From positions 3,130 to 67,129 of the forward strand of contig CALVID010000003.1 of assembly GCA_944329355.1 (NCBI GenBank): 64,000 nt of DNA. Direction: 5' to 3'. The notes under the pieces were generated by a model. That model worked only from the letters and a program-made list of their open reading frames with translations. It did not search any database and was not told the origin of the DNA. A program made the position numbers and the translations under genes. This DNA is from an uncultured Bacilli bacterium (lineage in GTDB: Bacteria; Bacillota_I; Bacilli_A; RF39; UBA660). Of this stretch, positions 1-12,105 are shown piece after piece (the stretch's first letter is position 1; each line of letters begins with the position of its first letter).

Positions 1-1578
1 AATATTTCCTAGTTGATTTAAAATTATATTAGAATATTTATTATCATATTTTACTAAATTACTAGCAATATCAATATATCCATTGATATTTTTCACTTTA
101 TTTAATGTTTCGCTATCGATATATTTAGGTTTGATAATATTTAATGGAAAAAATGTAGCTCTACCAATCGTTTTTAAATAATTAATAGCTTCTTTCGCAT
201 CTTTTTCACTATCGACAATAATATGATTCGTACTATACCCTAAAGCTGTAGTGATGGCTAAAGCGTGATTTTCGTCGGTTTCAATTAAATTGCCTAGAGC
301 ATTATGGATTCCTCTTAATTTTGGATTATTTAAAACACTTTTAACAGGGAGAGGTAATGCTCCCCCGTTTTCTATAGTGTTTTGTAAAGTTTCTATTTTA
401 AATTCCAAATTATTTTTTTCTCTAAGTATATTGGTTAATCTTGTTTCTAATTTATTTTTATTATCTTTAATTTCTGATTGGTGGTACTCTTCACGGTCAA
501 TTCGTTTTGTTAAATTTTCTAGATCGCTTTTAATATTATTAATCTCTCCATTAATTTTTTCAATGTTATTTTTAGTACTTAATTCTTTTTCTTTTAACTC
601 TAAAATTTTTTGGTGTAATTTATTTTCTTCTGACTGATTTTTCTTTCTTTCTTCTATTAAAATTTTTTTGCTATTTAATCTTTCAGATAATGTTGTTAGT
701 TCAAGAATTTTTTCTTGCATAAATTTTATTTGTTCATCTAAAGCGGTAATATTATTCTTATATTTTTCTATTTTAGCTTCATTTTTAGTACCGCTTGTCA
801 TAAGGGTTAAAACTTCTTTATTTAAGTTATCTATTTTATCTTTACTGTTTTGATATTCAAAATTAATATTGGTTATATCTTCGGTGATAAGAGCTATTTC
901 CATATTTTCTAGTTCATTATGAATTGTTTTGTATTTAATGGCTTTATCTTTTGCTTCTTTTAAAGGAGTTAAACGTGTTTCTAATTCTGTTATTATGTCG
1001 TTTATCCTATTTTTGTTGTCATGAGTTTTATCTAGTTTTCTAATTGCTTCTTCTTTTCTTCTTTTGTATTTTAAAACGCCTGAAGCTTCTTCAAATATTA
1101 TTCTTCTATCTGATGGTTTACTACTGATAATACTTTCTATTTTCCCTTGTGATATGATATTAAAGCTTTCTTTGGCAATCCCACTATCCAAAAGTAAGTT
1201 GGTCAAATCTTTCAGTCTTATTCTCTCACCATTTAGATAATATTCATTACTACCATCTTTATAAACCCTTCTTTTAATTTCTACTTCGTCATACTCTAAA
1301 GGTAGATAATGATCGGAGTTATCAAACACTAAAGAAACAGATGCGACATTCATTGGATTACGCGATTTACTACCAGAAAAAATAACGTCGGTCATAGTAC
1401 CGTCGCCTCTTAAAGATTTTACTGATTGTTCACCTAAAACCCATCTAATGGCATCTACTACATTGCTTTTTCCTGAACCGTTCGGTCCAACAATTCCATT
1501 AATACCTTGTTCAAATTCTAAATTGGTTTTATCTGCAAAAGATTTAAAACCATGAGCTTTTAAAGTTTTTAAATACAT
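1..1578 (-). CDS. smc: Chromosome segregation protein SMC, N-terminal ~525 aa (ORF runs off the left window edge)
   Basis: Missing from the ORF track because it is open at the edge. My minus-strand translation from ATG 1578 reads MYLKTLKAHGFKSFADKTNLEFEQGINGIVGPNGSGKSNVVDAIRWVLGEQS (Walker A). A long K/E/L coiled coil follows, then a hinge-like GIHNALGNLIETDENHALAITTALG...GRATFFPLN. Confidence 0.9.
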   Translation of the reverse strand, partial: MYLKTLKAHGFKSFADKTNLEFEQGINGIVGPNGSGKSNVVDAIRWVLGEQSVKSLRGDGTMTDVIFSGSKSRNPMNVASVSLVFDNSDHYLPLEYDEVEIKRRVYKDGSNEYYLNGERIRLKDLTNLLLDSGIAKESFNIISQGKIESIISSKPSDRRIIFEEASGVLKYKRRKEEAIRKLDKTHDNKNRINDIITELETRLTPLKEAKDKAIKYKTIHNELENMEIALITEDITNINFEYQNSKDKIDNLNKEVLTLMTSGTKNEAKIEKYKNNITALDEQIKFMQEKILELTTLSERLNSKKILIEERKKNQSEENKLHQKILELKEKELSTKNNIEKINGEINNIKSDLENLTKRIDREEYHQSEIKDNKNKLETRLTNILREKNNLEFKIETLQNTIENGGALPLPVKSVLNNPKLRGIHNALGNLIETDENHALAITTALGYSTNHIIVDSEKDAKEAINYLKTIGRATFFPLNIIKPKYIDSETLNKVKNINGYIDIASNLVKYDNKYSNIILNQLGNI

Positions 1579-1654
1579 AGTATCACACCTTACACTATAA
1601 TTGATTATACATTAATTTGACATTTTGTGCAATTGTTTGAGGTTGAACCTTTAA

Positions 1655-1686
1655 AAACTAAATAGCAGTTGTCCATGTATTAGTTT
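1655..1686 (-). terminator. Weak AU-rich hairpin plus U-run after the 80-aa ORF
   Basis: Minus-strand AAACUAAUA-13 nt-UAUUUAGUUU followed by UUUAAAGG. It overlaps the stop codon at 1685. Confidence 0.3.
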
Positions 1687-1927
1687 ACTTATGGATAGGT
1701 TTGCTTTTTTGATTTTTTAAACGGTTTATCATACTTTGTACGGCTTCAATATAAGCGTTTGCTTCTTCTTCAGTAATTTCCGTTAACAATTCTGGATGAG
1801 TTTCTATTCCAATAGCATTTGGAATATTATACCAAATTTCTCCTTTGAAACTGTATTGCCATATTTGACCTAATTGTTTTTTTAATATAACTAAATGACT
1901 TTCGTCAATAAAAAATTGTTTATCCAT
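1685..1927 (-). CDS. Hypothetical small protein (80 aa), last gene of a 3-gene cassette
   Basis: ORF with AGGAGGTAAAA RBS inside the end of the upstream gene and a 2-nt gap to its stop. I recognise no motif. Confidence 0.55.
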   Translation of the reverse strand: MDKQFFIDESHLVILKKQLGQIWQYSFKGEIWYNIPNAIGIETHPELLTEITEEEANAYIEAVQSMINRLKNQKSKPIHK

Positions 1928-1929
1928 TT

Positions 1930-3705
1930 TTACCTCCTATTTGTGTTTTGCTTTTTAAATTCTAACATGTTGGCTAATATTTCGTCACGTTTATCAATAA
2001 TTTGATAAAATATTTTAGTATTTTCATTATTAACTTGATTTTTCAAATCTTTAAATAATGTTATTATTTTAAATTCGGACCATTTATCTTTAAATACATG
2101 AAATAACTCATTTAACTGGTTGAAATTTTCTTCACCACAGACTTCAAAAAGCTGGTTCATATTTCCATGACGACTAGCTAATATTTCTGATTTAAATGTT
2201 TCGTAAAATGTTTGTACTAAAAATCTTGTACTTTCATAGCCTGTACCACCTTGAATTTTTGCATTATTTGGATCACAAAACATATATATACCTTTGCTGT
2301 GTAATTTTTCTGTTATCTCTTGGGCAATTAGTTCGTTAATTATTTCATTGAAAAGTTCATATTTTCTTTTTGTGTTATCTTCATATAATGGATATAATTC
2401 ATCTTCTTGGGTTCCTATTTCATGAAACTTTTCCCAACCACAAGTGTAATCAGCACCTGCTTTATTGACGTTTATTAACTCTAATTCATATACATGATTT
2501 AACTCATGTATTATTCTTTTATCCATAAAATCATCTACATTTACATTATCAAAATTGATGTTAACTAAAGGAAAAAGGATAAAATTGTCGTTTTCCATTT
2601 TAATGTTTGGTGTTACATATGTTCCAGCATACATAAAAGTACTGGCATTATATCCGTCGTCTTTAAGACATAAATTTAAAGAATCAATTTTATTTCTTGT
2701 GTTTCTATATTCGGAAATTGAAGTAAAATATTCGTTATACATTCTCATTTCTAACTCTTCTTTGGCATCTCGAATATTTTTGATTAAATCTTGAGCTGGA
2801 ATAATGTTTTGACATTTAGGGTTATCTTGATAATTTTGATATTTTTCACCTAGATCCAATCCCATTTCTTTAAAAAATTTGATTCGATCATTGATGATTG
2901 AAGTGATTTGCCAAAATTTTGATTTTGGGTCATCAATAATCTTTTGACTTTCTTTACTAAAGGCTTCAATCATAGATGGAGTTTCTAAAGTATAACCAAG
3001 GTATAATAAAATCTTACCATTTAAATAACCTTTTTCTTTAAAATTTTGAATGTCTTCATCCGAAAAATATTTTTGGAATTGTTCTACTAATTCTAAAGTA
3101 TACTTTCTTTTCAAATCTTTTTTTATTTTCTTGCACTCATCCAAATAATCTATATATGGTTTAATTTCTTTTTTTAAATTATTATATTCATTTAACGTGT
3201 CTTGGTAAATATCGTATATTTTATTAAGCTGTGTTAAATCGCTAGTTTCTATAAATGTATCAATATCGGTTACTGAAGGATAAAAAAGATTAATAAAAGG
3301 TTTTATATCTCTAATAAATGAATTTTTTAGATATATCGGCATATCTTTATCATTAATTATTTTTATATATTTTTCTATCGGCAAAATATTGGGATATTCA
3401 AAGATGAGTTCACTATTTCCAAAAATTTTTTTAATATTATCTTCAGAAAATTCAAGATTTATTTTATCAAAAAAGGAGCTTATTAATTCTTTGCTGTAAT
3501 CTTTTTTTAAATTAAAGAGTTTATTTTTCAATCCGTTTGGGGTTTGAGTACAGATTAAGAGCATATTTTGAAACTTTTTTTCAATGTCTTCTTTATTTTC
3601 TTCACCATAATACTCAATAAATGTTTCTGTAATTTGTGGCATAAAATCTCTCAGCATTATGTCTGGAGATAATTTTCTTTCTAAAGATTTATTCACGATT
3701 ATCAC
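1930..3705 (-). CDS. Divergent zinc metallopeptidase, M3 (oligoendopeptidase F)-like
   Basis: 591 aa. HELNH sits at ~aa 400-404 and a Glu lies 25 residues after the second His, in FHEIGTQ (compare M3 HEFGH...FVEAPSQ). Size and motif position match PepF-type enzymes. The start may be GTG 3696 (AGGTGA RBS) rather than 3705. Confidence 0.45.
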   Translation of the reverse strand: MIIVNKSLERKLSPDIMLRDFMPQITETFIEYYGEENKEDIEKKFQNMLLICTQTPNGLKNKLFNLKKDYSKELISSFFDKINLEFSEDNIKKIFGNSELIFEYPNILPIEKYIKIINDKDMPIYLKNSFIRDIKPFINLFYPSVTDIDTFIETSDLTQLNKIYDIYQDTLNEYNNLKKEIKPYIDYLDECKKIKKDLKRKYTLELVEQFQKYFSDEDIQNFKEKGYLNGKILLYLGYTLETPSMIEAFSKESQKIIDDPKSKFWQITSIINDRIKFFKEMGLDLGEKYQNYQDNPKCQNIIPAQDLIKNIRDAKEELEMRMYNEYFTSISEYRNTRNKIDSLNLCLKDDGYNASTFMYAGTYVTPNIKMENDNFILFPLVNINFDNVNVDDFMDKRIIHELNHVYELELINVNKAGADYTCGWEKFHEIGTQEDELYPLYEDNTKRKYELFNEIINELIAQEITEKLHSKGIYMFCDPNNAKIQGGTGYESTRFLVQTFYETFKSEILASRHGNMNQLFEVCGEENFNQLNELFHVFKDKWSEFKIITLFKDLKNQVNNENTKIFYQIIDKRDEILANMLEFKKQNTNRR

Positions 3706-3943
3706 CTATTATTTTTTTGAAGAAATTATAACCTTTAGGATATTTTCCCCGGCCAGTATATTCGGTTGTTTCGTTATTGGTGGTTATCTTTATCCTATAT
3801 TCTTCTCCATCTAATATATGACTAGAAAAACTTTTGGGAGGCCAATATCTTATTATTCTAATTATATTATTTATTTTATCACTATCATGGATATAATAAT
3901 ATTTATTATCAATTGCTACTTCTATATATATAATCTCTGACAA
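3689..3943 (-). CDS. Hypothetical small protein (84 aa), first gene of the cassette
   Basis: TTG start preceded by GAGGTGA. It overlaps the start of the peptidase-like gene. No recognisable motif. Confidence 0.5.
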   Translation of the reverse strand: MSEIIYIEVAIDNKYYYIHDSDKINNIIRIIRYWPPKSFSSHILDGEEYRIKITTNNETTEYTGRGKYPKGYNFFKKIIGDNRE

Positions 3944-4001
3944 AATATCACCTCTATTTTTCTATATTAAATATAACACAAACCAGGAGGTGTGTAAATA
4001 A

Positions 4002-4030
4002 AGAAAAAACATCTATTACTCTGATGTTCT
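4002..4030 (-). terminator. Rho-independent terminator downstream of rpoC
   Basis: Minus-strand GAACAUC-9 nt loop-GAUGUU followed by UUUUUUC, 60 nt after the rpoC stop. Confidence 0.6.
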
Positions 4031-4089
4031 TCTTTTTATTAACTATCTAACATATTTTCTATCTAAAGTCAAATTAAAAGAACTAATGA

Positions 4090-7000
4090 TTAATCCATTA
4101 GTTCTTGTTCTAGAGCTTCTAAAGGCTCTTCATTTAATATTTCATTTTCTAAAGTATATTCAGCTTGGCGATATTTTTTCGCACCTGTACCTGCAGGAAT
4201 TAATTTACCAATAATAACATTTTCTTTTAATCCTGTCAAATGGTCTACTTTTCCATGTACAGCTGCATCAGTTAATATTCTGGTTGTCTCTTGGAATGAA
4301 GCGGCTGATAAGAAACTTTCGGTTTCAAGTGATGCTTTAGTAATACCTAATAATACAGGTTTTCCAGTCGCTGGTCTTTTACCTTCTAAGATTAATTCTT
4401 TATTTTCTTCGGTAAATTTATTAATGTTTACCATAGTTCCAGGTAAGAATAATGAATCACCTGAATCAACAATTCTAATCTTAGAAATCATTCTTCTAGC
4501 CATAATTTCAACGTGTTTGTCAGAAATATCAACACCTTGAGAACGATATACTTTTTGAATTTCAAATAATATATATTCTTGAACAGTAATTGGGTCTGTT
4601 ACTACAAGCAACTCTTTTGGTGAAATTGCTCCATGAGTAAGTCTTTGTCCAGCTTTAACCTCTTCACCTTTTTCAACAGCGAGTTTAGCTCCATAGTTAG
4701 AAGTGTGCTCACGAGTTTCAACGTCGTTTTTAACATAAACTTTATAAATTCCATTATCTTCTTCAATTTTGGTTACAACACCATTAATTTCAGAGATTGT
4801 AGCTTTACCTTTAGGGTTACGAGCTTCAAAGATTTCAGTAACACGAGGAAGACCTTGTGTAATGTCATCTCCACCAGCAACTCCACCAGTGTTGAAGTTT
4901 CTCATGGTTAATTGCGTTCCAGGCTCACCAATTGATTGAGCGGCCATGATACCAACAGCTTCACCAATTTCAACTTCTGATCCGGTTGCTAGGTTACGAC
5001 CATAACATTTACGGCAAACACCATGATCGGTTTTACAAGTTAAAACACTTCTGATTGGAACCTTAGTAACTCCGGCTTTAATAATTTTTTCAGCAACTTG
5101 TTCAGTAATATATGTATCTTTGTCAAATAGTACTTCTTTAGTTTCTGGATGTAAGATTTTTTTGTTGGTGTATCTTCCTATTATTCTATCTTCTAAAGAT
5201 TCGATTAATGTACCATCTGTATTATAAAATGCTTCAACAACTAATCCTTGTTCAGTACCACAGTCTTCCTCTTTAACAATAACATCTTGAACAACATCAA
5301 CAAGTCTTCTTGTTAAGTAACCAGCGTCGGCAGTTTTTAAGGCTGTATCAACGGCACCTTTACGAGTTCCGTGTGTTGATGTAAAGAATTCTGATACACT
5401 AACACCTTCTGATAATGATGATAAAATTGGGATTTCAACATAATCACCATTTGGTTTACTCATGATACCACGCATACCAGCCATTTGCCCATACTGATCA
5501 ATAGAACCACGGGCTTTAGAATCAATCATCATAGTTATAGAAGATTCTGGATTGGCTTTTAATCTCTTATCTAAGTCGTCATAAATTTTAGCTTTAGCAT
5601 CAAACCAAGTTTGAATAACATTGTCATATCTTTCTTTATCGGTAATTAAACCACGTTTAAATTGCTTAGTAATAGTATCGATTTTTTTGTTGGCTTCTTC
5701 AATGATTTCTCCTTTAACTGGACTTTCTTGGATATCATCTATTGAAATACTAATACCTGATAAAGTAGAATATTTGAATCCTAAATCCTTAATAGCATCA
5801 AGCATAACTGAAGTTTCAGTTGTGTGATAGCGTTTATAGATTTGAGCAATTAATCTAACGATCGCACCTTTATTTAAAGCTTTAACTAAAGGCATTTTTT
5901 CGATTTCTTCTTTAATGTTTTTACCTTTATCGATAAAGTATTTAGCTGGAGTGCATTTAACTGCATTATCAACACTACTATCATTTATATATTGGAATGT
6001 ATCTGGGAAAACTTCGTTAAATATTATTTTACCAGGTGTCGTTACTAAATACTTATCCATGTATTTATCTGGGAATATTTTATGTTTAAATGATTTTACT
6101 GGTAAAGCAATACGGGTATGTAATGTAATTTCTCTTCTTTCGTAAGCCATGATTACATCATCTGCATTTCTAAATACTCTACCTTCGCCTTCTAAACCAG
6201 CTTTTTCCATGGTTAGATAATAGTTACCTAATACCATATCTTGTCCAGGAGTAGCAATTGGTGAACCATCTTTTGGAGATAAAATGTTGTTAGCTCCTAG
6301 CATTAATAGTCTAGCTTCTGCTTGTGCTTCTTCACTAATTGGTACATGAACAGCCATTTGATCACCGTCAAAGTCAGCGTTGAAGGCTGGACATACTAAT
6401 GGATGAAGTCTAATAGCTTTACCTTCTATTAATTTTGGTTCAAATGCTTGAATACCTAATCTATGTAGAGTTGGTGCTCTATTAAGTAGTACTGGATGTT
6501 CTTTTATTTTTTCTTCAACAACATCCCATACACGTTCATCTTGGTTTTCTATCATTCTTTTGGCTGCTTTAATGTTGCTGGCAATTTCTTTAGAAACTAA
6601 TCCATTGATTACATGTGGCTTGAATAATTCCAAAGCCATCTCTTTTGGAATACCACATTCATACATTTTAAGTGATGGACCAACAACGATAACTGAACGC
6701 CCTGAATAATCAACACGTTTTCCTAATAAATTTTGACGGAAACGTCCTTGCTTACCTTTTAACATACTAGATAATGATTTTAAAGGTCTATTACCTGGTC
6801 CAGTAATATTTTTACCACGTCTACCATTATCAAATAAAGCATCAACAGCTTCTTGTAACATTCTTTTTTCATTTTGAATGATTATAGAAGGCGCTCCTAA
6901 ATCTATTAATTTTTTAAGACGATTGTTACGGTTGATAACGCGTCTATATAAATCATTTAAATCAGAAGTTGCGAATCTACCACCATCTAGTTGAATCATT

Positions 7001-7725
7001 GGTCTTAGCTCAGGTGGAATAACAGGGAGAGCGGTTAAAATCATCCACTCTGGCCTATTTCCTGATTCTAAGAAAGCGTCTAAGACATCTAATCTTTTAA
7101 TTAAACGAATACGCTTTTGACTAGATGAATCTTTAATTTCAGAAATTTCTTTTTTAATTTCATCTACTTCTTTTTGTAAATCTACTTCTTCTAATAATTC
7201 CTTTATGGCTTCTGCACCCATTCCAACTCTAAATGTGTTGCCATATTTTTCATAATAAGTTCGATATTCTTTATCACTTATTGTTTGCTTTTTTTCAAGT
7301 GGAGTATCTCCTGGTTCTAAAACAACATAAGAAACAAAGTATAGTACTTCTTCTAATTCTCTTGGTGACATATCAAGAACTAATCCCATTCTTGAAGGTA
7401 CACCTTTGAAAAACCAAATGTGTGATACTGGGGTAGCTAGTTCAATATGACCCATACGTTCACGACGTACTTTAGATTTAGTAACTTCAACACCACATCT
7501 ATCACATATGATATTTTTATATCTTAGTCTTTTATATTTACCACAAGCACATTCAAAATCTTTAGTTGGTCCGAATATTTTTTCACAAAATAATCCGTCT
7601 CGTTCAGGTTTTAATGTTCTATAATTCATGGTTTCAGCTTTTTTTACTTCACCATAAGACCATGAACGAATTTTTTCTGGTGAGGCAATGGCTATTCTTA
7701 ATCCTTCAAAACTATTTGCGTCCAT
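4090..7725 (-). CDS. rpoC: DNA-directed RNA polymerase subunit beta prime
   Basis: 1211 aa with the zinc-binding [23 protein letters not shown] and the catalytic [12 protein letters not shown]. The start ATG overlaps the rpoB stop by 1 nt (TAATG). Confidence 0.98.
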   Translation of the reverse strand: MDANSFEGLRIAIASPEKIRSWSYGEVKKAETMNYRTLKPERDGLFCEKIFGPTKDFECACGKYKRLRYKNIICDRCGVEVTKSKVRRERMGHIELATPVSHIWFFKGVPSRMGLVLDMSPRELEEVLYFVSYVVLEPGDTPLEKKQTISDKEYRTYYEKYGNTFRVGMGAEAIKELLEEVDLQKEVDEIKKEISEIKDSSSQKRIRLIKRLDVLDAFLESGNRPEWMILTALPVIPPELRPMIQLDGGRFATSDLNDLYRRVINRNNRLKKLIDLGAPSIIIQNEKRMLQEAVDALFDNGRRGKNITGPGNRPLKSLSSMLKGKQGRFRQNLLGKRVDYSGRSVIVVGPSLKMYECGIPKEMALELFKPHVINGLVSKEIASNIKAAKRMIENQDERVWDVVEEKIKEHPVLLNRAPTLHRLGIQAFEPKLIEGKAIRLHPLVCPAFNADFDGDQMAVHVPISEEAQAEARLLMLGANNILSPKDGSPIATPGQDMVLGNYYLTMEKAGLEGEGRVFRNADDVIMAYERREITLHTRIALPVKSFKHKIFPDKYMDKYLVTTPGKIIFNEVFPDTFQYINDSSVDNAVKCTPAKYFIDKGKNIKEEIEKMPLVKALNKGAIVRLIAQIYKRYHTTETSVMLDAIKDLGFKYSTLSGISISIDDIQESPVKGEIIEEANKKIDTITKQFKRGLITDKERYDNVIQTWFDAKAKIYDDLDKRLKANPESSITMMIDSKARGSIDQYGQMAGMRGIMSKPNGDYVEIPILSSLSEGVSVSEFFTSTHGTRKGAVDTALKTADAGYLTRRLVDVVQDVIVKEEDCGTEQGLVVEAFYNTDGTLIESLEDRIIGRYTNKKILHPETKEVLFDKDTYITEQVAEKIIKAGVTKVPIRSVLTCKTDHGVCRKCYGRNLATGSEVEIGEAVGIMAAQSIGEPGTQLTMRNFNTGGVAGGDDITQGLPRVTEIFEARNPKGKATISEINGVVTKIEEDNGIYKVYVKNDVETREHTSNYGAKLAVEKGEEVKAGQRLTHGAISPKELLVVTDPITVQEYILFEIQKVYRSQGVDISDKHVEIMARRMISKIRIVDSGDSLFLPGTMVNINKFTEENKELILEGKRPATGKPVLLGITKASLETESFLSAASFQETTRILTDAAVHGKVDHLTGLKENVIIGKLIPAGTGAKKYRQAEYTLENEILNEEPLEALEQELMD

Positions 7726-10700
7726 TAATTATCCTCCCCTTCCAAACTTTTTAATTCTTCTTCAGTTGGTTCTTCATCTTCTTCAGGTTCTTCGTTTTCT
7801 TCAAAATTATTTAACTCGTTTTCTAATTCATTTGTTGTTTGCTCGTTTGCCTTTTCTTGAGCTTCTTTTTCTTTTAAAATTTCACTTTCTAGATCTGATT
7901 CTGGAACATAACTATCCTTTTCAGCTTCTTCTAATTCTTTAAGTTCGACAAATTTACCATCTTTATCTAAAACTGTAATATCTAAACCTAGTGCTTGGAA
8001 TTCTTTAATTACTACTCTAAAGCTTTCTGGAACACTTGGTTTTGGTAAATCTTCACCTTTAACCAATGCTTCATAAACTTTAACACGGCCAGTTACATCA
8101 TCTGATTTAACAGTCATCATCTCTTGTAAGATATGAGCTGCACCATATGCATATAATGCCCAAACTTCCATTTCTCCGAAACGTTGTCCACCAAATTGAG
8201 CTTTACCACCTAACGGTTGCTGAGTAACTAATGAATATGGTCCTGTAGATCTAGCGTGTAGTTTATCATCAACCATGTGGTCAAGTTTGATCATATACAT
8301 AACACCAACGCTAATTCTATTGTCAAATCTTTCGCCTGTTCTACCATCATATAGCCACATTTTACCATCTTTATCTAATCCAGCTTCTTCTAGAGCATCT
8401 AGTATTTCTGTTCTAGTGGCTCCATCAAATACTGGGGTTGCCATATGGATTCCTAAGGTTTTAGCAGCCATGCCTAAATGTAACTCTAAGATTTGTCCTA
8501 GATTCATACGTGAAGGAACACCTAATGGGTTAAGTAAAATATCAACTGTTCTACCATTTTTATCATAAGGCATATCTTCTTCTGGAAGAACTAATGAAAC
8601 AACTCCTTTGTTTCCATGACGTCCTGAAATTTTATCTCCAACGCCAATTTTACGTTTTTGAGCAATATATACTCTTACTTTTTTACTTACGCCTGCTGGA
8701 AGTTCATCACTGTCTTCTTTAGTTAATACTTGAACATCATGAACAATTCCACCACCACCGTGTTGAACTCTTAATGATGTGTCTCTAACTTCTCTAGTTT
8801 TTTCGCCAAAAATAGCGTGTAATAATTTTTCTTCTGAAGTAAGTTCTGCCATTCCTTTAGGGGTTACCTTACCAACTAAGATGTCATCATCTTTAACTTC
8901 TGTACCAATTCTGATAATACCATTTTCATCTAGATTTTTGCGAGCTTCTTCAGAAACATTAGGAATATCTCTAGTAAACTCTTCAGCACCTAGTTTAGTA
9001 TCTCTACATTCTATCTCATAGTCTTTGATATGGATTGATGTAAACACATCATCATTAACTAATCTTTCATTTAAGATAACTGCATCTTCGTAGTTATATC
9101 CGTCGTAGTTGACAAAAGCGATTGTTAAGTTTTTACCTAAAGCCATTTCACCTTGGTCAGTTGATGGACCATCAGCAATTACATCACCGACTTTTACTTT
9201 ATCACCTTTTTTAACAATAGGTTTTTGATGATAACATGTTCCCATATTACTTCTTTCAAAGCCTTCTAGATAATATGTGTCTGTACCTTTAGCGTTTTTG
9301 ACAATTATTTTTCTTGCATCAACATAGTCTACTATACCGTCAGCTTTGGCACATATTACAACACCTGAGTCTCTAGCAGCTATAGCTTCAATACCGGTTC
9401 CAACATAAGGTGCTTCTGCTTCTAATAGAGGTATTGCTTGACGTTGCATGTTGGCGCCCATCAAGGCTCTTTTACCATCATCATGTTCAAGGAATGGAAT
9501 TCCACTAGTTGTAATAGAAATTATTTGTTGAGGAGAAACATCAACATAATCTATTTTTTCTTTTTCAATAATTAAATTATCGTTTTGATATCTAACTGGA
9601 ACCTTATTACCTAAAATATTACCTTCATCATCTGATTTAATAGTAGCTGGGGCAATATAGTACTCTAATTCCTCGTCAGCTGTCATATATTTAATTTCAT
9701 CAGTTAATTTATTATTAGCAACTTTACGATATGGGGTCATTATAAAACCATATTCATTTACTTTAGCATAACTTGCTAAAGAAGTAATTAATCCGATATT
9801 AGGGCCTTCTGGAGATTCAACTGGACAAAGTCTACCATAGTGTGATGGGTTAACATCACGAACTTCCATTCCAGCTCTATCTTTAGAAAGACCACCAGGT
9901 CCTAATGAAGATAATCTTCTTTTATGGGTAAGTTCTGCAATCGGGTTAATTTGATCCATGAATTGAGATAATTGAGATGATCCAAAGAACTCTTTAATAG
10001 CAGCTGTTAATGGTCTAATATTAATTAAACTTTTCGGAGTAACTTCTGTTATATCTTGAGTACTCATTCTATCTCTAATCATTCTTTCAATTCTGCTTAT
10101 ACCTATTCTAAATTGGTTTTGTAATAATTCTCCAACTTGTCTGACACGTCTATTTGATAAATGATCAATTTCATCAAATGAGCCAATACCTTCTAATAGA
10201 TTTAAGTAATATGAAAGTGAGGCATAAATATCAGATACAGTTAATCTTTTAATATCGATACTTTGATCATTTCCAATTATTTTAACGACTTTTTCTGGAT
10301 TTAATTTAGAATATACTTTAACTATTTGAACATCTCCATAGGTGTCTAATTCATTATTGATTAAGGCTTCTTTTTTACCATAACCTTCTTCAAAAATAGG
10401 TTTTAACTTTTCTAATAATTCTTTAGTAATTAAATCACCATCTTTGGCAATTACTTCACCATTAACTTTGATATCTTCAGCTATTTTACAGCCTAATAAT
10501 CTATCGGTTATATTTAATTTTTTATTGAATTTATAACGACCTACTTTGGCCAAATCATATCTGAATGCATCAAAGAATCTCGTGATTAATTGGTTTTTTG
10601 CACTTTCTAAAGTACTAGGTTCTCCCGGTCTTAATTTTGAATGTATATCAATTAAGGCTTCATCAGTATTCTTGTTTGTATCTTTTTCAATTGTTTTGAT

Positions 10701-11363
10701 TAAATAATCATCTTCACCAAATAAATCTAAGATGTCGCTATCGCTAGATAATCCAATGGCTCTAAGTAATGTGGTAACTGGTACCTTTCTCGTTCTATCA
10801 ATACGTACATAAATAATATCACGGGCATCAGTTTCAAACTCTAACCAAGTACCTCTAGTTGGAATAATTTGAGTTCCTACAGTTACTTTACCGTTTTTCT
10901 TATCTACTTCTTTGCCAAAATAAACTGATGGTGAACGCACTAACTGTGAAACAATAACACGTTCAGCTCCGTTAACTATAAAAGCTCCGCTGTCAGTCAT
11001 AATTGGCATATCGCCTAGATAAATTTCTTGTTCTTTTACTTCACCGGTTTCAACATTGAAAAGTCTAGCTTCTACTTTTAGTGGCGCAGCATAAGTAGAA
11101 TATCTTTCTTTACATTGTTTGATGGTGTGTCTTGGTTCATCAAAGCTATATTCGCCAAATTCTAATGACAAATTACCAGTGAAACTCTCCACTGGAAATA
11201 TATCATCAAAAACTTCTTTTATACCTTCCGTAATAAACCAATTATAAGAATCTTTTTGAATTTCTAACAAGTTGTTTAATTCAATTGCATTTTTTGTTTT
11301 ACCGTAATTTCTTCTCTCTCTTTTACCATTGATTTTTTGAATTTTGTATGCCAAGTTTTTCAC
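7725..11363 (-). CDS. rpoB: DNA-directed RNA polymerase subunit beta, with ~70-aa acidic C-terminal tail
   Basis: 1212 aa with typical beta motifs ([36 protein letters not shown]). The C-terminus is E/D-rich ([17 protein letters not shown]). Confidence 0.98.
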   Translation of the reverse strand: MKNLAYKIQKINGKRERRNYGKTKNAIELNNLLEIQKDSYNWFITEGIKEVFDDIFPVESFTGNLSLEFGEYSFDEPRHTIKQCKERYSTYAAPLKVEARLFNVETGEVKEQEIYLGDMPIMTDSGAFIVNGAERVIVSQLVRSPSVYFGKEVDKKNGKVTVGTQIIPTRGTWLEFETDARDIIYVRIDRTRKVPVTTLLRAIGLSSDSDILDLFGEDDYLIKTIEKDTNKNTDEALIDIHSKLRPGEPSTLESAKNQLITRFFDAFRYDLAKVGRYKFNKKLNITDRLLGCKIAEDIKVNGEVIAKDGDLITKELLEKLKPIFEEGYGKKEALINNELDTYGDVQIVKVYSKLNPEKVVKIIGNDQSIDIKRLTVSDIYASLSYYLNLLEGIGSFDEIDHLSNRRVRQVGELLQNQFRIGISRIERMIRDRMSTQDITEVTPKSLINIRPLTAAIKEFFGSSQLSQFMDQINPIAELTHKRRLSSLGPGGLSKDRAGMEVRDVNPSHYGRLCPVESPEGPNIGLITSLASYAKVNEYGFIMTPYRKVANNKLTDEIKYMTADEELEYYIAPATIKSDDEGNILGNKVPVRYQNDNLIIEKEKIDYVDVSPQQIISITTSGIPFLEHDDGKRALMGANMQRQAIPLLEAEAPYVGTGIEAIAARDSGVVICAKADGIVDYVDARKIIVKNAKGTDTYYLEGFERSNMGTCYHQKPIVKKGDKVKVGDVIADGPSTDQGEMALGKNLTIAFVNYDGYNYEDAVILNERLVNDDVFTSIHIKDYEIECRDTKLGAEEFTRDIPNVSEEARKNLDENGIIRIGTEVKDDDILVGKVTPKGMAELTSEEKLLHAIFGEKTREVRDTSLRVQHGGGGIVHDVQVLTKEDSDELPAGVSKKVRVYIAQKRKIGVGDKISGRHGNKGVVSLVLPEEDMPYDKNGRTVDILLNPLGVPSRMNLGQILELHLGMAAKTLGIHMATPVFDGATRTEILDALEEAGLDKDGKMWLYDGRTGERFDNRISVGVMYMIKLDHMVDDKLHARSTGPYSLVTQQPLGGKAQFGGQRFGEMEVWALYAYGAAHILQEMMTVKSDDVTGRVKVYEALVKGEDLPKPSVPESFRVVIKEFQALGLDITVLDKDGKFVELKELEEAEKDSYVPESDLESEILKEKEAQEKANEQTTNELENELNNFEENEEPEEDEEPTEEELKSLEGEDN

Positions 11364-11449
11364 CCCTATAAACTAGTTTTTAGATTTTCCATGTCTCTTT
11401 AAGAGTACATGTCGCCAATATATAATTATAAAGGTTTTGCCCATTAAAG

Positions 11450-12043
11450 TCAACGCTTTTTAGCACATATTATATAAAAACCTTTATTTTTTTTAACTAT
11501 GGTTACATCATAAGTTGTTTCTAGGTCTTTGATCAGGGATTTAGCTCCACTATTTTTATTAACTACTAACCATAGTTCACCATTTTCTTTTAAGTAATTA
11601 TTTGCTTTAAACAAAATCTGATATAAAATTTTTTTACCCACTCTAATTGGGGGATTGGTTACAATAAAATCATATTTTTTATTTATATTTTCATAAATAT
11701 CACTTTTGAATATATTTACTTTTACGTTATTTAATTCAGCGTTTTTTTTAGCCAAATTTAATGCTCTTTCATTTACGTCGATCATATCAATATTGGCATT
11801 CGTAGTTTTTTTGATAAAAATACCAATAGGTCCATAACCACAGCCGAAATCGAGGATTTCACCTTTTATTCTATCTATGTCTATATTTTCCAGTAAAGTT
11901 CTAGTTCCAAAATCTAAACCTTTTTTAGAAAATACACCGTTGTCGACATAAAATTTTAATTTATTGTTTTTAATTATCACTTCAATTATACGTTCTTCAC
12001 TTTTAACATAATCATTTGTAAAATAATGTGGCATTTTATTCAC
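11450..12043 (-). CDS. ybxB: Class I SAM-dependent methyltransferase, YbxB/RsmC-like
   Basis: 197 aa with DFGCGYGPIG (motif I) and NPPIRVG (NPPxH-type motif IV). It occupies the rplL-rpoB slot, as ybxB does in Bacillus subtilis. Confidence 0.75.
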   Translation of the reverse strand: MNKMPHYFTNDYVKSEERIIEVIIKNNKLKFYVDNGVFSKKGLDFGTRTLLENIDIDRIKGEILDFGCGYGPIGIFIKKTTNANIDMIDVNERALNLAKKNAELNNVKVNIFKSDIYENINKKYDFIVTNPPIRVGKKILYQILFKANNYLKENGELWLVVNKNSGAKSLIKDLETTYDVTIVKKNKGFYIICAKKR

Positions 12044-12059
12044 CTTTCATTAAATGGGG

Positions 12060-12093
12060 AAAGCCCACACTATTTAAAATAGTGCAGGCCTTT
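12060..12093 (-). terminator. Strand-specific hairpin between rplL and ybxB/rpoB (attenuator or processing site)
   Basis: Minus-strand RNA AAAGGCCUGCACUAU-UUUA-AUAGUGUGGGCUUU forms ~15 bp, including G-U pairs that would be C-A mismatches on the other strand. The U-run is poor, so termination would be partial at best. Confidence 0.4.
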
Positions 12094-12105
12094 AGTTTTA
12101 TATAA

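Noticed and set aside
290-853. Plus-strand ORFs 290-637 and 668-853 from the track
   Set aside because: They are antisense to a continuous minus-strand SMC reading frame with clear motifs. Their products are low-complexity Leu/Phe/Ser strings typical of AT-rich antisense frames.
4633-9021. Several 60-100-aa plus-strand ORFs inside rpoC and rpoB (4633, 5621, 5915, 7566, 7688, 8275, 8779)
   Set aside because: All lie antisense within highly conserved polymerase genes. They have no RBS and no recognisable motifs.
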